This document shows positions 28,693 to 38,335 of a DNA stretch of 64,000 nt, piece by piece. Position 1 is the stretch's first letter. The number at the start of each line of letters is the position of its first letter. The notes under the pieces were generated by a model that was not told where the DNA came from, did no database searches, and worked only from the letters and a program-made list of their open reading frames with translations. The translations under genes were made by a program, and so were the position numbers. The stretch is from Gammaproteobacteria bacterium (lineage in GTDB: Bacteria > Pseudomonadota > Gammaproteobacteria > Arenicellales > Poriferihabitantaceae): contig JAUILZ010000001.1 of assembly GCA_030432755.1 (NCBI GenBank), forward strand, positions 203,388 to 267,387, written 5' to 3'.

Positions 28693-30051
28693 TCAGGCCA
28701 CGAGGTCGATTGCCGCGTCGAATGCGCCCAGGGTGCGCTCCAGCGCAACTTCGTCGTGGGCCGACGAACACATCCCCCCCGGCCAGGGCGCCAGGTCGAC
28801 GCCGTTCGCCATCAGGGCGAGGCGGAGCAGGCGGACCTGTTCGGCGTCCTGCTGCAACAGGGTCTCCACTGGCAGCGCGAACGGGTCGAAGCAGCGCGGG
28901 TCCAGCGGCACGCCCGCGGCATTGAGGAACAGCTGGAACACCGAGGAGCGGCCGTGCGCGGCCCAGGGGACTCCACGGCGGGCGAAGAGGTCGTTGAGCC
29001 CGTCGCGCAACGTCGCCGCGTAAGCGGCGGCCGATTCGCAGGGACTGTCCCGGGCGATGATTTCCAGCGTAGCGCGTCCCGCCGCCGCGCTCACCGGATT
29101 GGCGTTGAACGTGCCCGGGTGGTAGACCTTCTGTTTGCCTTCCGGCTGTGCGAAGTCGAGGCCGGCCATCACGTCCTCGCGTCCGCAAACCGCGCCCCCG
29201 GGCAGGCCGCCGGCGACGATCTTGGCGAGAGCGGTGAGGTCCGGGATCACGCCCGTGGCGCCCTGAACCCCGCCCGGTGAGACACGAAATCCGGTGATGA
29301 CCTCGTCGAAGATCAGCAGAATGCCGTGGGCGTCGCAGCGATCGCGCAGGATGGCGAGGAAGGCGTCATCCATCGGCAGCCGCCCGGTACCGGCGCCCAG
29401 CGGTTCCACCAGCATGGCGGCGATCTCGCCAGCGTGTTCAGCAAGCAGGCGATCCAGAGAGTCGACATCACCCTGGTCGGCGAGCAGCAGGTTGTCGCCC
29501 AGGTTGCCGGGCACGCCCACGGGGGTGCCGTGGGCGAAGTGACTCAGGTACCCCGCGGCCATGTCGTCCAGCCAGCCGTGGAAGTGGCGCCGGAAACGCA
29601 GCAGGCGCTGCCGACCGGTGTAGGCGCGCGCGAGTCGCACAGCCATCTGCGTCGCCTCGGTGCCGGAGGCGGTAAAGCGGACCCGCTGCGCCGACGGCAC
29701 CATGTCGATGATGCATTCCGCCCAGGCGATTTCCGCGGCGTGACCGGCGGCGAAATGGGTACCGCGGTCGAGTGCGGCGTGGATTGCCCGGGTCACCTCC
29801 GGGTGCGCGTGGCCGAGTAGCAGGGCGCCGTGTCCACCAAAGTAGTCGACGTATTCATTGCCATCGACATCGACCTTGATTGCACCTGCGGCGCTCTGAA
29901 CGTAGAGCCCGTGCGGCTGGATGAAACGTGAGTCATGGGTGACGCCGGAGGGAAATACCTCGCGCGCGGATGCCTGCAGGGCAGCGGACCCCGGGGTGCG
30001 CTCGCGATAGGCGGTTTCGACTGGATGCATGGGTATGGGAAGGCTAGGCAA
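28693..30051 (-). CDS. Class III aminotransferase / glutamate-1-semialdehyde aminomutase-like (PLP)
   Basis: 452 aa; 'DVDGNEYVDYFGGHGALLLGHAHPEV', 'FTASGTEATQMAVRLARA', 'ILLIFDEVITGFR', 'TALAKIVAGGLPGGAVCG'. Confidence 0.9.
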   Translation of the reverse strand: MPSLPIPMHPVETAYRERTPGSAALQASAREVFPSGVTHDSRFIQPHGLYVQSAAGAIKVDVDGNEYVDYFGGHGALLLGHAHPEVTRAIHAALDRGTHFAAGHAAEIAWAECIIDMVPSAQRVRFTASGTEATQMAVRLARAYTGRQRLLRFRRHFHGWLDDMAAGYLSHFAHGTPVGVPGNLGDNLLLADQGDVDSLDRLLAEHAGEIAAMLVEPLGAGTGRLPMDDAFLAILRDRCDAHGILLIFDEVITGFRVSPGGVQGATGVIPDLTALAKIVAGGLPGGAVCGREDVMAGLDFAQPEGKQKVYHPGTFNANPVSAAAGRATLEIIARDSPCESAAAYAATLRDGLNDLFARRGVPWAAHGRSSVFQLFLNAAGVPLDPRCFDPFALPVETLLQQDAEQVRLLRLALMANGVDLAPWPGGMCSSAHDEVALERTLGAFDAAIDLVA

Positions 30052-30071
30052 GTGACGGGGCGAAGTTTAGT

Positions 30072-31070
30072 ATGCCGACTTCCCCATTCAAAACGGAGGC
30101 GATCCTGGAACGGCCCCTGACACTGGCGGCGGCGCAGCTCGGTCCCATCGCACGCGATGCAACCCGTGCTGCGGTGGTTGCGCGGCTTGTCGCCCTGCTC
30201 GAGCAGGCCGCGGCGCGTGGCTGCCGCCTGGTGGTTTTTCCGGAAATGGCGCTCACCACCTTTTTCCCGCGCTGGCATATCGATGACGAAGACGAGGTGA
30301 CGGCGTTCTTCGAGACCGACATGCCCAATGCCGCGGTGGCGCCGCTGTTCGACAGTGCCGCCCGCCTGGGTATCGGTTTCTACCTCGGTTACTGCGAGCA
30401 GGTGGGCAGCGGCGAGGGCAGACGTCGCTACAATACCGCGATCCTGGTGGACGCTGCCGGCAACATCGCCGGCAAGTACCGCAAGGTCCACGTCCCCGGA
30501 AACCCGGTCTACGACCCTGCGCTGAAGCTGCAGCACCTCGAGCCCTGGTACTTCGCCGACGGCGATCTCGGCTTCCCGGTATTCGACTGCCTCGGCGCGC
30601 GCATCGGCCTCCTGATCTGTAACGACCGCCGCTGGCCTGAGCCGTGGCGGGTGCTGGCGCTGCAGGGCGCGGAACTCGTCCTCCTGGGTTACAACTCGCC
30701 CGCGCAGCTGCCGGACAATCCGCGCCAGAACGCGCTCCGCACCGAGCATCACCAGTTACCGATGCGCGCCGCGGCCTACCAGAACGGCCTATGGGTGGTG
30801 GCAACCGCCAAGGCGGGGCACGAGGAAGGCTGCGACATGATGGGCGGGTCCTGCGTCATCGCGCCGTCGGGCGAGGTGGTGGCGATCAGTTCCACCCTGG
30901 GAGATGAACTTCTGGTCTATACCGCCGATCTCGCACTGACGGTGGAGTACAAGAAGTTTTTCGACTTCGCGCAGTACCGCCGTCCCGTGGCCTACCGGCT
31001 CATCAGCGAGCGCCAGGGCGTGGGCGAACCCCTGGACAGGGCGGCATGGCAAAAGAGCCTCGAAACATGA
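30072..31070 (+). CDS. Carbon-nitrogen hydrolase (N-carbamoyl-D-amino acid amidohydrolase-like)
   Basis: 332 aa; 'LVVFPEMALTTFFPRW', 'KYRKVHVPG', 'IGLLICNDRRWPEPWRVLALQGAELVLLGYN' (Glu-Lys-Cys triad contexts). Confidence 0.88.
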   Translation: MPTSPFKTEAILERPLTLAAAQLGPIARDATRAAVVARLVALLEQAAARGCRLVVFPEMALTTFFPRWHIDDEDEVTAFFETDMPNAAVAPLFDSAARLGIGFYLGYCEQVGSGEGRRRYNTAILVDAAGNIAGKYRKVHVPGNPVYDPALKLQHLEPWYFADGDLGFPVFDCLGARIGLLICNDRRWPEPWRVLALQGAELVLLGYNSPAQLPDNPRQNALRTEHHQLPMRAAAYQNGLWVVATAKAGHEEGCDMMGGSCVIAPSGEVVAISSTLGDELLVYTADLALTVEYKKFFDFAQYRRPVAYRLISERQGVGEPLDRAAWQKSLET

Positions 31071-31489
31071 CCCCGGTGTTCGTGTTCGGAACGCTCAAGG
31101 CGGGCTTCCCCAACCATCATCACAACGACGGCAGGTTGCTGGGGCGATTCGTCACGCGCGAGCGCTTTCCGCTCTACCTGGCGGGTGAACGCTGCTCCCC
31201 CTGGCTGCTGGACATGCCGGGAACGGGCGAACGGGTTGCCGGCGAGGTCTACCTGGTGGACGATCCGGCACTTGCGCGCATGGACCGGCTGGAACGTACG
31301 CATGCACCGGACGGTTATCGCAGGCGCGAGATCATGGTGGAAGGCACGGAGGACGAAGTCCTCGAAGTACAGGTTTATCTCAAGCCTCCCGCCCAGTTCG
31401 ACCCGGCGTTGTTTCGTGGCGGGCCATACGCCGAATACACCGCGGAACATGCTGCACTGTACCGGCAACGCGCGGGGGTGGAGCCATGA
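31067..31489 (+). CDS. Gamma-glutamylcyclotransferase (AIG2/GGCT) family protein
   Basis: MTPVFVFGTLKAGFPNHHHNDG, 'VAGEVYLVDDPALARMDRLERT'; ATGA overlap with upstream gene. Confidence 0.85.
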   Translation: MTPVFVFGTLKAGFPNHHHNDGRLLGRFVTRERFPLYLAGERCSPWLLDMPGTGERVAGEVYLVDDPALARMDRLERTHAPDGYRRREIMVEGTEDEVLEVQVYLKPPAQFDPALFRGGPYAEYTAEHAALYRQRAGVEP

Positions 31490-31905
31490 ACATCCGCGAG
31501 TTCCGCGACGGCGACACGAAAGCGGTGATCTCCCTCTGGCAGCGTTGCGGCCTCACGCGACCATGGAACGACCCATGGAAAGACGTAACGCGCAAGCTGT
31601 CTGCCGGCGATGGCTGGTTCCTGGTGGGAGAGGCCGATGACGAAGTCATCGCCTCCGTCATGGTGGGCTACGATGGGCATCGTGGGTCCATTTTCTATCT
31701 CGCCGTGGCGCCCGGCCATCGCGGCCGGGGATATGGCGCCGCGTTGATGCGGGACGCTGAAGAGCGGTTGCGGGCGGTCGGCTGCCCGAAACTCAACCTG
31801 CTGGTGCGGACCGACAACCACGAGGTGCTGGCTTTCTACGACGCGCTCGGCTACGCGGTCGATCCCGTGACCAGCCTGGGCAAGCGCCTGATCGCCGACG
31901 ACTGA
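31486..31905 (+). CDS. GNAT family N-acetyltransferase
   Basis: 139 aa; 'VMVGYDGHRGSIFYLAVAPGHRGRGYGAALMRDAEERLRAVGCPKLNLLV'. Confidence 0.9.
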   Translation: MNIREFRDGDTKAVISLWQRCGLTRPWNDPWKDVTRKLSAGDGWFLVGEADDEVIASVMVGYDGHRGSIFYLAVAPGHRGRGYGAALMRDAEERLRAVGCPKLNLLVRTDNHEVLAFYDALGYAVDPVTSLGKRLIADD

Positions 31906-32040
31906 GAGAATGCGGTACTCGCCAGGCACCTGCGGCACCCGGTTGTCCCGTTCAGCTCCCAACGTGGCGCCCGGCGGGACCACGGCAAGAGCCTGACCCG
32001 ATTTGTCATCTGGGTGTAACCGCGACGACGACGCTACGCA

Positions 32041-33282
32041 ATGCAGCAGGATTTCTGGACCCAACTGACAACGGGGATCGGTTCCGACAGCGGGGTATTG
32101 ATGGCCGCGCTCGGCGTGATCCTGGTGAGCGGCCCGTCCATCAAGAGATTCTGCCACTGGCTCGGGATACCGTCGTCCGTCGGTTTTATCGTCCTCGGAC
32201 TGCTACTCGGCGCGCTTCTCGATTCTCCGGAGGGCGCGAAGGATTCTATCGCCGGTGCAGCATTTTCCGTGCTCGCCCAGCTCGGCGTGATTGCGCTCCT
32301 CTTTCGCGTGGGTCTGAAGAGCCATACCAGCGCACTGATCCGGAAACTGCCGGACGCGAGCCTGGTCTGGATCGGCAACGTGCTGGGCTCCACGGCCACG
32401 GGCTATCTCGTCTCCCGCTACGTGTTCGACTGGTCGCTCGAGACCAGTCTCGTCATCGGCACGGCGTTCAGCGCGACGAGCATCGCCGTGTCCATGGCGG
32501 TATGGGACGAACTCGGGCTCGCGGATTCGGACGAGGGGGCACTGCTGCTGGATGTCGCCGAGTTGGACGATCTCTCGGCCGCCGTCATCCTCGCAGTGCT
32601 CCTGGGCACGTTGCCCGCGCTTCTCAACGGCAGCGACGGAATCTGGCTCGCGGCAGGATCGGCGTCGGTCGTTGTCCTCGTCAAGCTTGCTGCATTTGTC
32701 GCCGGCTGTTACCTGTTTGCCCACTACCTCGAGGAGCGTTTCACCGCCTTCAACCGGCGGATGAGCGATACGCCGGCCTCACTGACGATATCCATCCTGG
32801 GCGCGGGACTGGTGATCGCGGCGCTGGCCGAATCCCTGGGTTTTTCGGTGGCGATAGGCGCCCTGTTCGCCGGGCTCGCCTTCAGCCGGGACCAGGACGC
32901 GGTTCGCACGGACGGCGGCTTCACTTATCTTCACGAGCTGCTCGCACCGTTCTTCTTCATCCACATCGGCATGCAGACCGACGTTGCCGCGCTGGCGGGG
33001 GCGGTGGATACCGGCCTGTTGCTATTGCTGGCCGCTGCCGCGTCCAAACTCATTTTTACCTTCCTGCCCGCGATCCTGTCGATGGGCTCCAGGGAGGCAA
33101 TGGCTCTCGGTGTGAGCATGATCCCGCGCGCGGAGATCGCGCTGGTGGTCGTCTACGAGTGCAGGCTGATCGACCCGGAGATCGTCCCGCCGACGGTGTT
33201 TTCCGGCATGGTACTGGTTTCCCTGGGAACGAGCATGCTGTCGCCCATCCTCCTGCGGCGCTTGCTGGACCGGGAGAGTTGA
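32041..33282 (+). CDS. Cation:proton antiporter (CPA2/Kef-type)
   Basis: 413 aa multi-spanning protein; 'VLGLLLGALLDSP', 'AFSATSIAVSMAVWDELG', 'LLDVAELDDLSAAVILAVL'. Confidence 0.88.
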   Translation: MQQDFWTQLTTGIGSDSGVLMAALGVILVSGPSIKRFCHWLGIPSSVGFIVLGLLLGALLDSPEGAKDSIAGAAFSVLAQLGVIALLFRVGLKSHTSALIRKLPDASLVWIGNVLGSTATGYLVSRYVFDWSLETSLVIGTAFSATSIAVSMAVWDELGLADSDEGALLLDVAELDDLSAAVILAVLLGTLPALLNGSDGIWLAAGSASVVVLVKLAAFVAGCYLFAHYLEERFTAFNRRMSDTPASLTISILGAGLVIAALAESLGFSVAIGALFAGLAFSRDQDAVRTDGGFTYLHELLAPFFFIHIGMQTDVAALAGAVDTGLLLLLAAAASKLIFTFLPAILSMGSREAMALGVSMIPRAEIALVVVYECRLIDPEIVPPTVFSGMVLVSLGTSMLSPILLRRLLDRES

Positions 33283-33309
33283 CCGCCAGGGCGGCGGGGC
33301 CACGGCCGA

Positions 33310-33912
33310 TCACGCCTGTTGCCTTTCCGGCGCCCCGGATCGATGCCGGTAATCCATGTACAGCGTCCCCAGGATCGCACCGAGCAGGTTGGCCACGAGA
33401 TCGAGCGCGGTGTTGGTGTAACCGCCGACGCCGGTGGTGCCGGTCACGATGACAGCGGCGAATTCGATGACCTCGTTGAGCGCGCCGATGCTCGAGGCGG
33501 CGAGAATCGTCACCACGCAGACCGTCGCCGGGTTGGCATCCGCGCGGGATATTTTCCGCACTACGCTCCACATCAGGATCGCCATCACCACGTAGCAGAA
33601 CACGTGCACGAACTGGTCGTAGCGAAGGATGTCGTAGGGTTCGCCGACCAGGTCGACCAGGACAATATCGTAGAAGCGTGTTCCTTTCCAGGAAGCCAGG
33701 CCCCCGAGGCTGTGCAGGATCAACCAGACGTTGAACAGCCACAGCCCGATCGCCTCGAAGCCGAAGTAGCGGTCGGTGCGGTAGAGAATCGTCACCAGCA
33801 CCGTAGCCGTAATCGCGTACAGCAGGAACTCGTAGTTCCGCAGAAAGAGCGTCAGCAGTACCAGGAGCCCCGCGAGGCAGAAACCGAGCAGGTAGGGAAG
33901 CTTGGGCCGCAT
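33310..33912 (-). CDS. DUF2238 (YjdF-like) family membrane protein
   Basis: 200 aa; 'YDILRYDQFVHVFCYVVMAILMW', 'AASSIGALNEVIEFAAV', 'NTALDLVANLLGAILGTLY'. Confidence 0.75.
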   Translation of the reverse strand: MRPKLPYLLGFCLAGLLVLLTLFLRNYEFLLYAITATVLVTILYRTDRYFGFEAIGLWLFNVWLILHSLGGLASWKGTRFYDIVLVDLVGEPYDILRYDQFVHVFCYVVMAILMWSVVRKISRADANPATVCVVTILAASSIGALNEVIEFAAVIVTGTTGVGGYTNTALDLVANLLGAILGTLYMDYRHRSGAPERQQA

Positions 33913-34042
33913 GGTGATCAGGTCAATGGCGAGATGGGTGGCTGATGTGCATCTTGCCCCGCCGGCTGGCGCGTTTCGATCACGCGCATTCCGGGGAATG
34001 AATTCGGCAACCAGCAGAGAGCGTGTAACAGCAGCCGGAAAG

Positions 34043-34132
<90 letters not shown>

Positions 34133-34180
34133 GAAGTATCCGGCTGGCCTGGCAAACTCGCACGCCAGGTCAGAGAATTT

Positions 34181-35563
34181 CTACCGGCTTTCCCGCGCCA
34201 CCTTGGCGGCGATGCGGTATTGGCGCGGGTCGATCTTGTGGCGGTGCAGCAGCTTGTAGAACTCGGTGCGGTTGCGCCCGGCCTGGCGCGCAGCGTGGGT
34301 GACGTTCCCCGCCGTGATCTGCAGCAGGCGCACGAGGTAGTCGCGCTCGAACCGGCTCTGGGCGCGGGCGAGGGGTTCGCTCGGTTCGCTGTCGCCCTTG
34401 ATCGCCTTCAGTACCAGTGACTCGGGAATGACAGGCGTGGTGCTGAGCACCGCCACCTGTTCCACCACGTTCATCAGCTGGCGCACGTTGCCCGGCCAGC
34501 GCGCCATGGTGAGCAGCGCCAGCGCCTGGGGCGAGAACGAGCGCGCCACCAGGTGGCCGTCGCGTTTGCGGATCTCGGAGAGAAAATGCACCGCCAGCAG
34601 CGAGATGTCCTCCTTGCGTTCCGCGAGCGAGGGCAGTTCCAGGGTGATGACGTTGAGACGGTAGTAGAGATCCTCGCGGAAAGTTCCCGCCTTCACCGCC
34701 TGCTCGAGGTCGTGGTGAGTGGCGGAAATGATGCGCACGTCCACTGGCGTGTGGTGATTGCCGCCCACCTGGCGCACCTGCTTGTCCTGCAGGAAGCGCA
34801 GCATCTTGGCCTGGATCTCGAGCGGCATGTCGCCGATCTCGTCGAGGAACAGCGTGCCCTGGTTCGCTTCCACAACCAGCCCGGCGCGCTGGCGGTCGGC
34901 GCCGGTGAACGAGCCCCTGGCGTGACCGAACAGTTCGGATTCAAACAGCGACTCGGGAATGGCAGTACAGTTGATCGGCACGAATGGCTTGCCCGCGCGC
35001 GGGCTTAAGTCGTGGATCGCGCGCGCCAGCAATTCCTTGCCGGTGCCGCTGGGGCTTTGTATCAGCACGCTGGCATCGCTCGGCGCCACCCGCCGCGCCT
35101 CCTGCAGCAGGGTCTCGAGCTTGGGACTGCAACCGATGATGCGCTTGCGCCAGGTATCGTTGGCCTGGTCGGTGCTTTCCGCGTCCCGCACCGGCGTGCC
35201 CACTTCCAGCGCAAGCCGGATCTCCTTGAGCAGCTGCTGGCTGTCGAAGGGCTTTGTGAGATAGGAGAACACACCTTCGCGGGTGGCGCTGACCGCGTCC
35301 GGAATGGTGCCGTGGGCCGTCAGGATGATGATCGGCAGCGTCGGATAGCGCGCATGCACCTCGCGGAACAGCTGCATGCCATCCATTCCCGGCATGCGCA
35401 GGTCGGTGACGATCACGTCGGGCTGGAACGCCGGCAGCGTGGACAGCGCGCGTTCCGCCGAGTCGGCGGTGGCCGGCGTGAAACCGTTGGCCTTGAGTCG
35501 GATGCTGAGCAGGCGCAGCAGGCTGGGATCGTCGTCAACTACCAGTATTCGAGGGTTGTGCAT
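34181..35563 (-). CDS. glrR: Sigma-54-dependent response regulator, GlrR/QseF-like
   Basis: 460 aa; receiver 'ILVVDDDPSLLRLL...DVIVTDLRMPGMDGMQLF', AAA+ 'GESGTGKELLARAIH'-type region, 'ESELFGHARGSFTGA' (GAFTGA variant), Fis-type HTH; context next to lipoprotein and kinase. Confidence 0.85.
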   Translation of the reverse strand: MHNPRILVVDDDPSLLRLLSIRLKANGFTPATADSAERALSTLPAFQPDVIVTDLRMPGMDGMQLFREVHARYPTLPIIILTAHGTIPDAVSATREGVFSYLTKPFDSQQLLKEIRLALEVGTPVRDAESTDQANDTWRKRIIGCSPKLETLLQEARRVAPSDASVLIQSPSGTGKELLARAIHDLSPRAGKPFVPINCTAIPESLFESELFGHARGSFTGADRQRAGLVVEANQGTLFLDEIGDMPLEIQAKMLRFLQDKQVRQVGGNHHTPVDVRIISATHHDLEQAVKAGTFREDLYYRLNVITLELPSLAERKEDISLLAVHFLSEIRKRDGHLVARSFSPQALALLTMARWPGNVRQLMNVVEQVAVLSTTPVIPESLVLKAIKGDSEPSEPLARAQSRFERDYLVRLLQITAGNVTHAARQAGRNRTEFYKLLHRHKIDPRQYRIAAKVARESR

Positions 35564-36167
35564 CTTCTATGCCCGTGGTGGCTGGTGTGGAAAGGGATTG
35601 CTCGGTGGCATTGATGTCGGCCTCGAGCTTCTTGAGTTCTTCCAGTTTGTGTTCGAGCGCGGAGATCTCGTCGGCGCGCGATGTGGCCTGCGACTGCACC
35701 TCCAGCAGCGCCTCTTCCTGGCGGCGGATCTTCTGCCGCTGGTTGTGCACCTGGACATGCAGTTCCTTGCGTTCGCGTGACTGGTACAGCAGCAGGTCCA
35801 CCAGGCGGCGCTCGTCCGCCTGCAGCTGGTCGGATTCACGGTAGTTTTCAAGGATCTCGATGGCGAGGTTGTCGTCGCTGATCGAGACTCCGGCCTGTCC
35901 CAGAAGGAGTCCGGTCTTGAGCTGGTCGCAGGAAAAGCCGTTCTGGTCATAGCTGCCGAGTTCGTTGCGCAGTGCCTCCATGGCGCTCGAATCAAGACGC
36001 GTAACGTTTTCGACGAAGACGTCCAGCGGACCGCAGGCGCGCAGTGGGGCGGTGGTGATCGTGTGCGAGACCTTGGGCGGCGTTTGCGGCGCCGGGGTGA
36101 CGCAGCTCGTGGCGAGGACGCCGAAGGTCAGCGACACTGCCAGGGTGGAAATTCGTCTAGTGTGCAT
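35535..36167 (-). CDS. QseG-like lipoprotein
   Basis: MHTRRISTLAVSLTFGVLATSC lipobox; coiled-coil C-terminus; sits between GlrR-like and GlrK-like genes. Start trimmed. Confidence 0.7.
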   Translation of the reverse strand: MHTRRISTLAVSLTFGVLATSCVTPAPQTPPKVSHTITTAPLRACGPLDVFVENVTRLDSSAMEALRNELGSYDQNGFSCDQLKTGLLLGQAGVSISDDNLAIEILENYRESDQLQADERRLVDLLLYQSRERKELHVQVHNQRQKIRRQEEALLEVQSQATSRADEISALEHKLEELKKLEADINATEQSLSTPATTGIEDAQPSNTGS

Positions 36168-37635
36168 CGGCTGTTTTCTCCGCGAAGGGCTGGTTGGCGG
36201 GCAGCAGCACGCTGACGATGGCTCCGATGCCGCCGTTGGATATCTCGATCCGCCCGCCATGCAGATCGGCGTAGCGGCGTGCGATGGAAAGACCGAGCCC
36301 GGTACCCTTGATATGGCTGTCTGGCCGGACCCTGCCCTGGAAGAACGGCTTGAACACGTCTTCCTTTTCCCCTTCGTCGAATCCCGGGCCGCTGTCGCTG
36401 ACCCGGAGGTTGATGCCATCGTCGTCCACCGTGGTGGTAATGCGAATCGTGCCGCCCCGGGGCGAGTACTTGATCGCATTGGTGAGAATGTTCTCGAACA
36501 GCGTTTCGAGCTGCGCCTGGTTGCCGACGATGCGCGCCGGCGGGGTCTCGTGCTCCACCGTGATCTGGCGGCTCTTCAGGATCAGGTGCAATTTCTCGAT
36601 AAGCTTCTCGATCACCAGCTTGATGTTCACCGGCACCCGCGGATAGGGCTCGTCCATGGTGAGCGCGAGATTGAAATCGAGCAGTGACTCGAGCTGGTTC
36701 TGCAGCAGCCTGGTGTTCTGGTTGATGATGTCGAGAATTTCCTGCTGCTCCGGGTTGAGCGTGCCGGTGACGCCTTCCTGCATCAGTTCGCTGCCTTCGC
36801 GGATCGCGGTCAGCGGGGTTTTCAGCTCGTGGGACACGTTCTGCAGGAAGGTGATCTTCTGCTGTTCGATCTGTGACAGGCGATCGGAAAGCCACGCAAG
36901 CTGTTCCCCCAGGGCGGCGATGTTGCGCGGCCCGCCGACGTGGGTGTCCTCGGGAAACTCGCCCTCGCCGAGGCGACGGATCAGCGAGATCACCTTCTTC
37001 AGCGGCCGGTTGATCACGCTGCTGCTGAGCAGCGCGAGAATGATGGCGGTGGGAATGATGATGACCAGCAGGAGCAGCAGCGATTCCCGTGATCGGCTGG
37101 TTTCTTCCGCCATGCGGGTGCGCGAGCGAGAGACGAATTCCCCGGCCTGAACCGGGATGGCCTCGAGCAGCCCTGAGAACTGGTTCAGGGATTCGGGACG
37201 CGGAGGCACCGGGAGGGGCTGCACGCCCGCGCCCAGGGCGCGGTGGCTGTTGATCTCTTCGAGTTCGGACTGGAGCGTTTGTTCCAGTTCCTCCAGCCGC
37301 TCAAGGCTCGCAAGCATCTGCTCGTCCACGGGCAGTTCGAGCAGCGTTCCCAGTGACTGGTCCAGCAGCTGGCTCTGCTCGCGGTAGCGGACGAGAAGAT
37401 CCGGATCCTGCAATATCAGGAACTGTTCCGCGCTGCGCTTGAGGCTGAGGGCCTGGGTGGTGACGAGGCGGCTGTTCTCCATCACCGACGCCGACTGGGC
37501 GAGAATGGTCTGCATCCGGTTCGAAAGGCGATCCATCTGGAATAGCAATGCCCCGAGGCCCGCCATGAGTGGCAGCGCCACCAGGAGGAAGCTGACCAGC
37601 ATGAGCCGGTACACGGTCTTCGCTTGTAACAGCAT
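36157..37635 (-). CDS. glrK: Sensor histidine kinase, GlrK/QseE-like
   Basis: 'FLQNVSHELKTPLTAIREGSELMQEGVTG', 'NILTNAIKYSPRGG', 'VSDSGPGFDEGEKEDVFKPFFQG', 'GTGLGLSIARRYADLHGG'; start uncertain (37635 or 37689). Confidence 0.85.
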   Translation of the reverse strand: MLLQAKTVYRLMLVSFLLVALPLMAGLGALLFQMDRLSNRMQTILAQSASVMENSRLVTTQALSLKRSAEQFLILQDPDLLVRYREQSQLLDQSLGTLLELPVDEQMLASLERLEELEQTLQSELEEINSHRALGAGVQPLPVPPRPESLNQFSGLLEAIPVQAGEFVSRSRTRMAEETSRSRESLLLLLVIIIPTAIILALLSSSVINRPLKKVISLIRRLGEGEFPEDTHVGGPRNIAALGEQLAWLSDRLSQIEQQKITFLQNVSHELKTPLTAIREGSELMQEGVTGTLNPEQQEILDIINQNTRLLQNQLESLLDFNLALTMDEPYPRVPVNIKLVIEKLIEKLHLILKSRQITVEHETPPARIVGNQAQLETLFENILTNAIKYSPRGGTIRITTTVDDDGINLRVSDSGPGFDEGEKEDVFKPFFQGRVRPDSHIKGTGLGLSIARRYADLHGGRIEISNGGIGAIVSVLLPANQPFAEKTADAH

Positions 37636-37698
37636 CGGCGGGCGCCCGCGGGGACGGTAGATCGGCGATTTTGCCAGCTCATGGCCCACCGGACAAAA

Positions 37699-37716
37699 TG
37701 TCGCCTTCTGGCGACA
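37699..37716. promoter_or_regulatory. Candidate GlrR-type activator site TGTC-N10-GACA
   Basis: TGTCGCCTTCTGGCGACA, perfect inverted repeat; flanked by the GlrK-like gene. A degenerate second copy TGTCGCCTCTTACATGCA lies at 37767-37784. Confidence 0.55.
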
Positions 37717-37859
37717 TCATTTTTACCATAAGAAACAATCAGATAGCAAACAGCGAGCACTCCTGGTGTCGCCTCTTACATGCAGTTATGCGGAGCGGTA
37801 AATGGATCTCACTTTAACTGCAGGCTCTAACTGATTGAATGTGAGAGAGCAAATTCCGC

Positions 37860-37875
37860 TGGCATGGAAGCTGCT
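37860..37875 (+). promoter_or_regulatory. Candidate sigma-54 promoter
   Basis: TGGCATGGAAGCTGCT, with GG-N10-GC spacing, against consensus TGGCACG-N4-TTGCA; about 60 bp upstream of the EF-hand ORF. Confidence 0.5.
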
Positions 37876-37937
37876 ACTACCCCTGCAGGAACGGCCGAAG
37901 GGGCAGTTCCACTCAATCTCTCCCAGGAGAAGTAACA

Positions 37938-38180
37938 ATGTCACGAAAAATGCTGATCACCTCCATGGTCCTTCTCGGTGCCTCCCAGGCGTACGCCAAC
38001 GAGGAAGCGTTCAAGCAACTGGACATCGACCAGAGCGGCGCCATCAGCGCCGAGGAAGCGGCCGCCATCGAAGGCCTGCAGGAGACCATGGCCGAGTACG
38101 ACCTCAACGGGGACCGCGAACTCGACCAGCAGGAGTTCGCACAATTCGTCGCGGCCAGGGAATCGAAATCCGCTTCCTGA
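37938..38180 (+). CDS. Small secreted EF-hand domain protein
   Basis: 80 aa; signal peptide MSRKMLITSMVLLGASQAYA; EF-hand loops DIDQSGAISAEE and DLNGDRELDQQE. Confidence 0.85.
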   Translation: MSRKMLITSMVLLGASQAYANEEAFKQLDIDQSGAISAEEAAAIEGLQETMAEYDLNGDRELDQQEFAQFVAARESKSAS

Positions 38181-38335
38181 CGGTCGTAACGGCATGGTTC
38201 CGCTGATGCTGAAGCAGCGGAACCCATCCCGGGATGGGCCCGGGATGAGGGATGGTCCGCCAGGCGGCGTGAGGTAACTGACCACGCACCTGTTGGCTTC
38301 CCCCCAACCAGGCCTCACCCGCCTGGCGGACCCGG

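Noticed and set aside
37640-37716. TGTCGCCTTCTGGCGACA dyad as terminator for the EF-hand side
   Set aside because: Position and orientation relative to both gene starts, and the lack of gene ends nearby, make an activator-binding site the more sensible reading.
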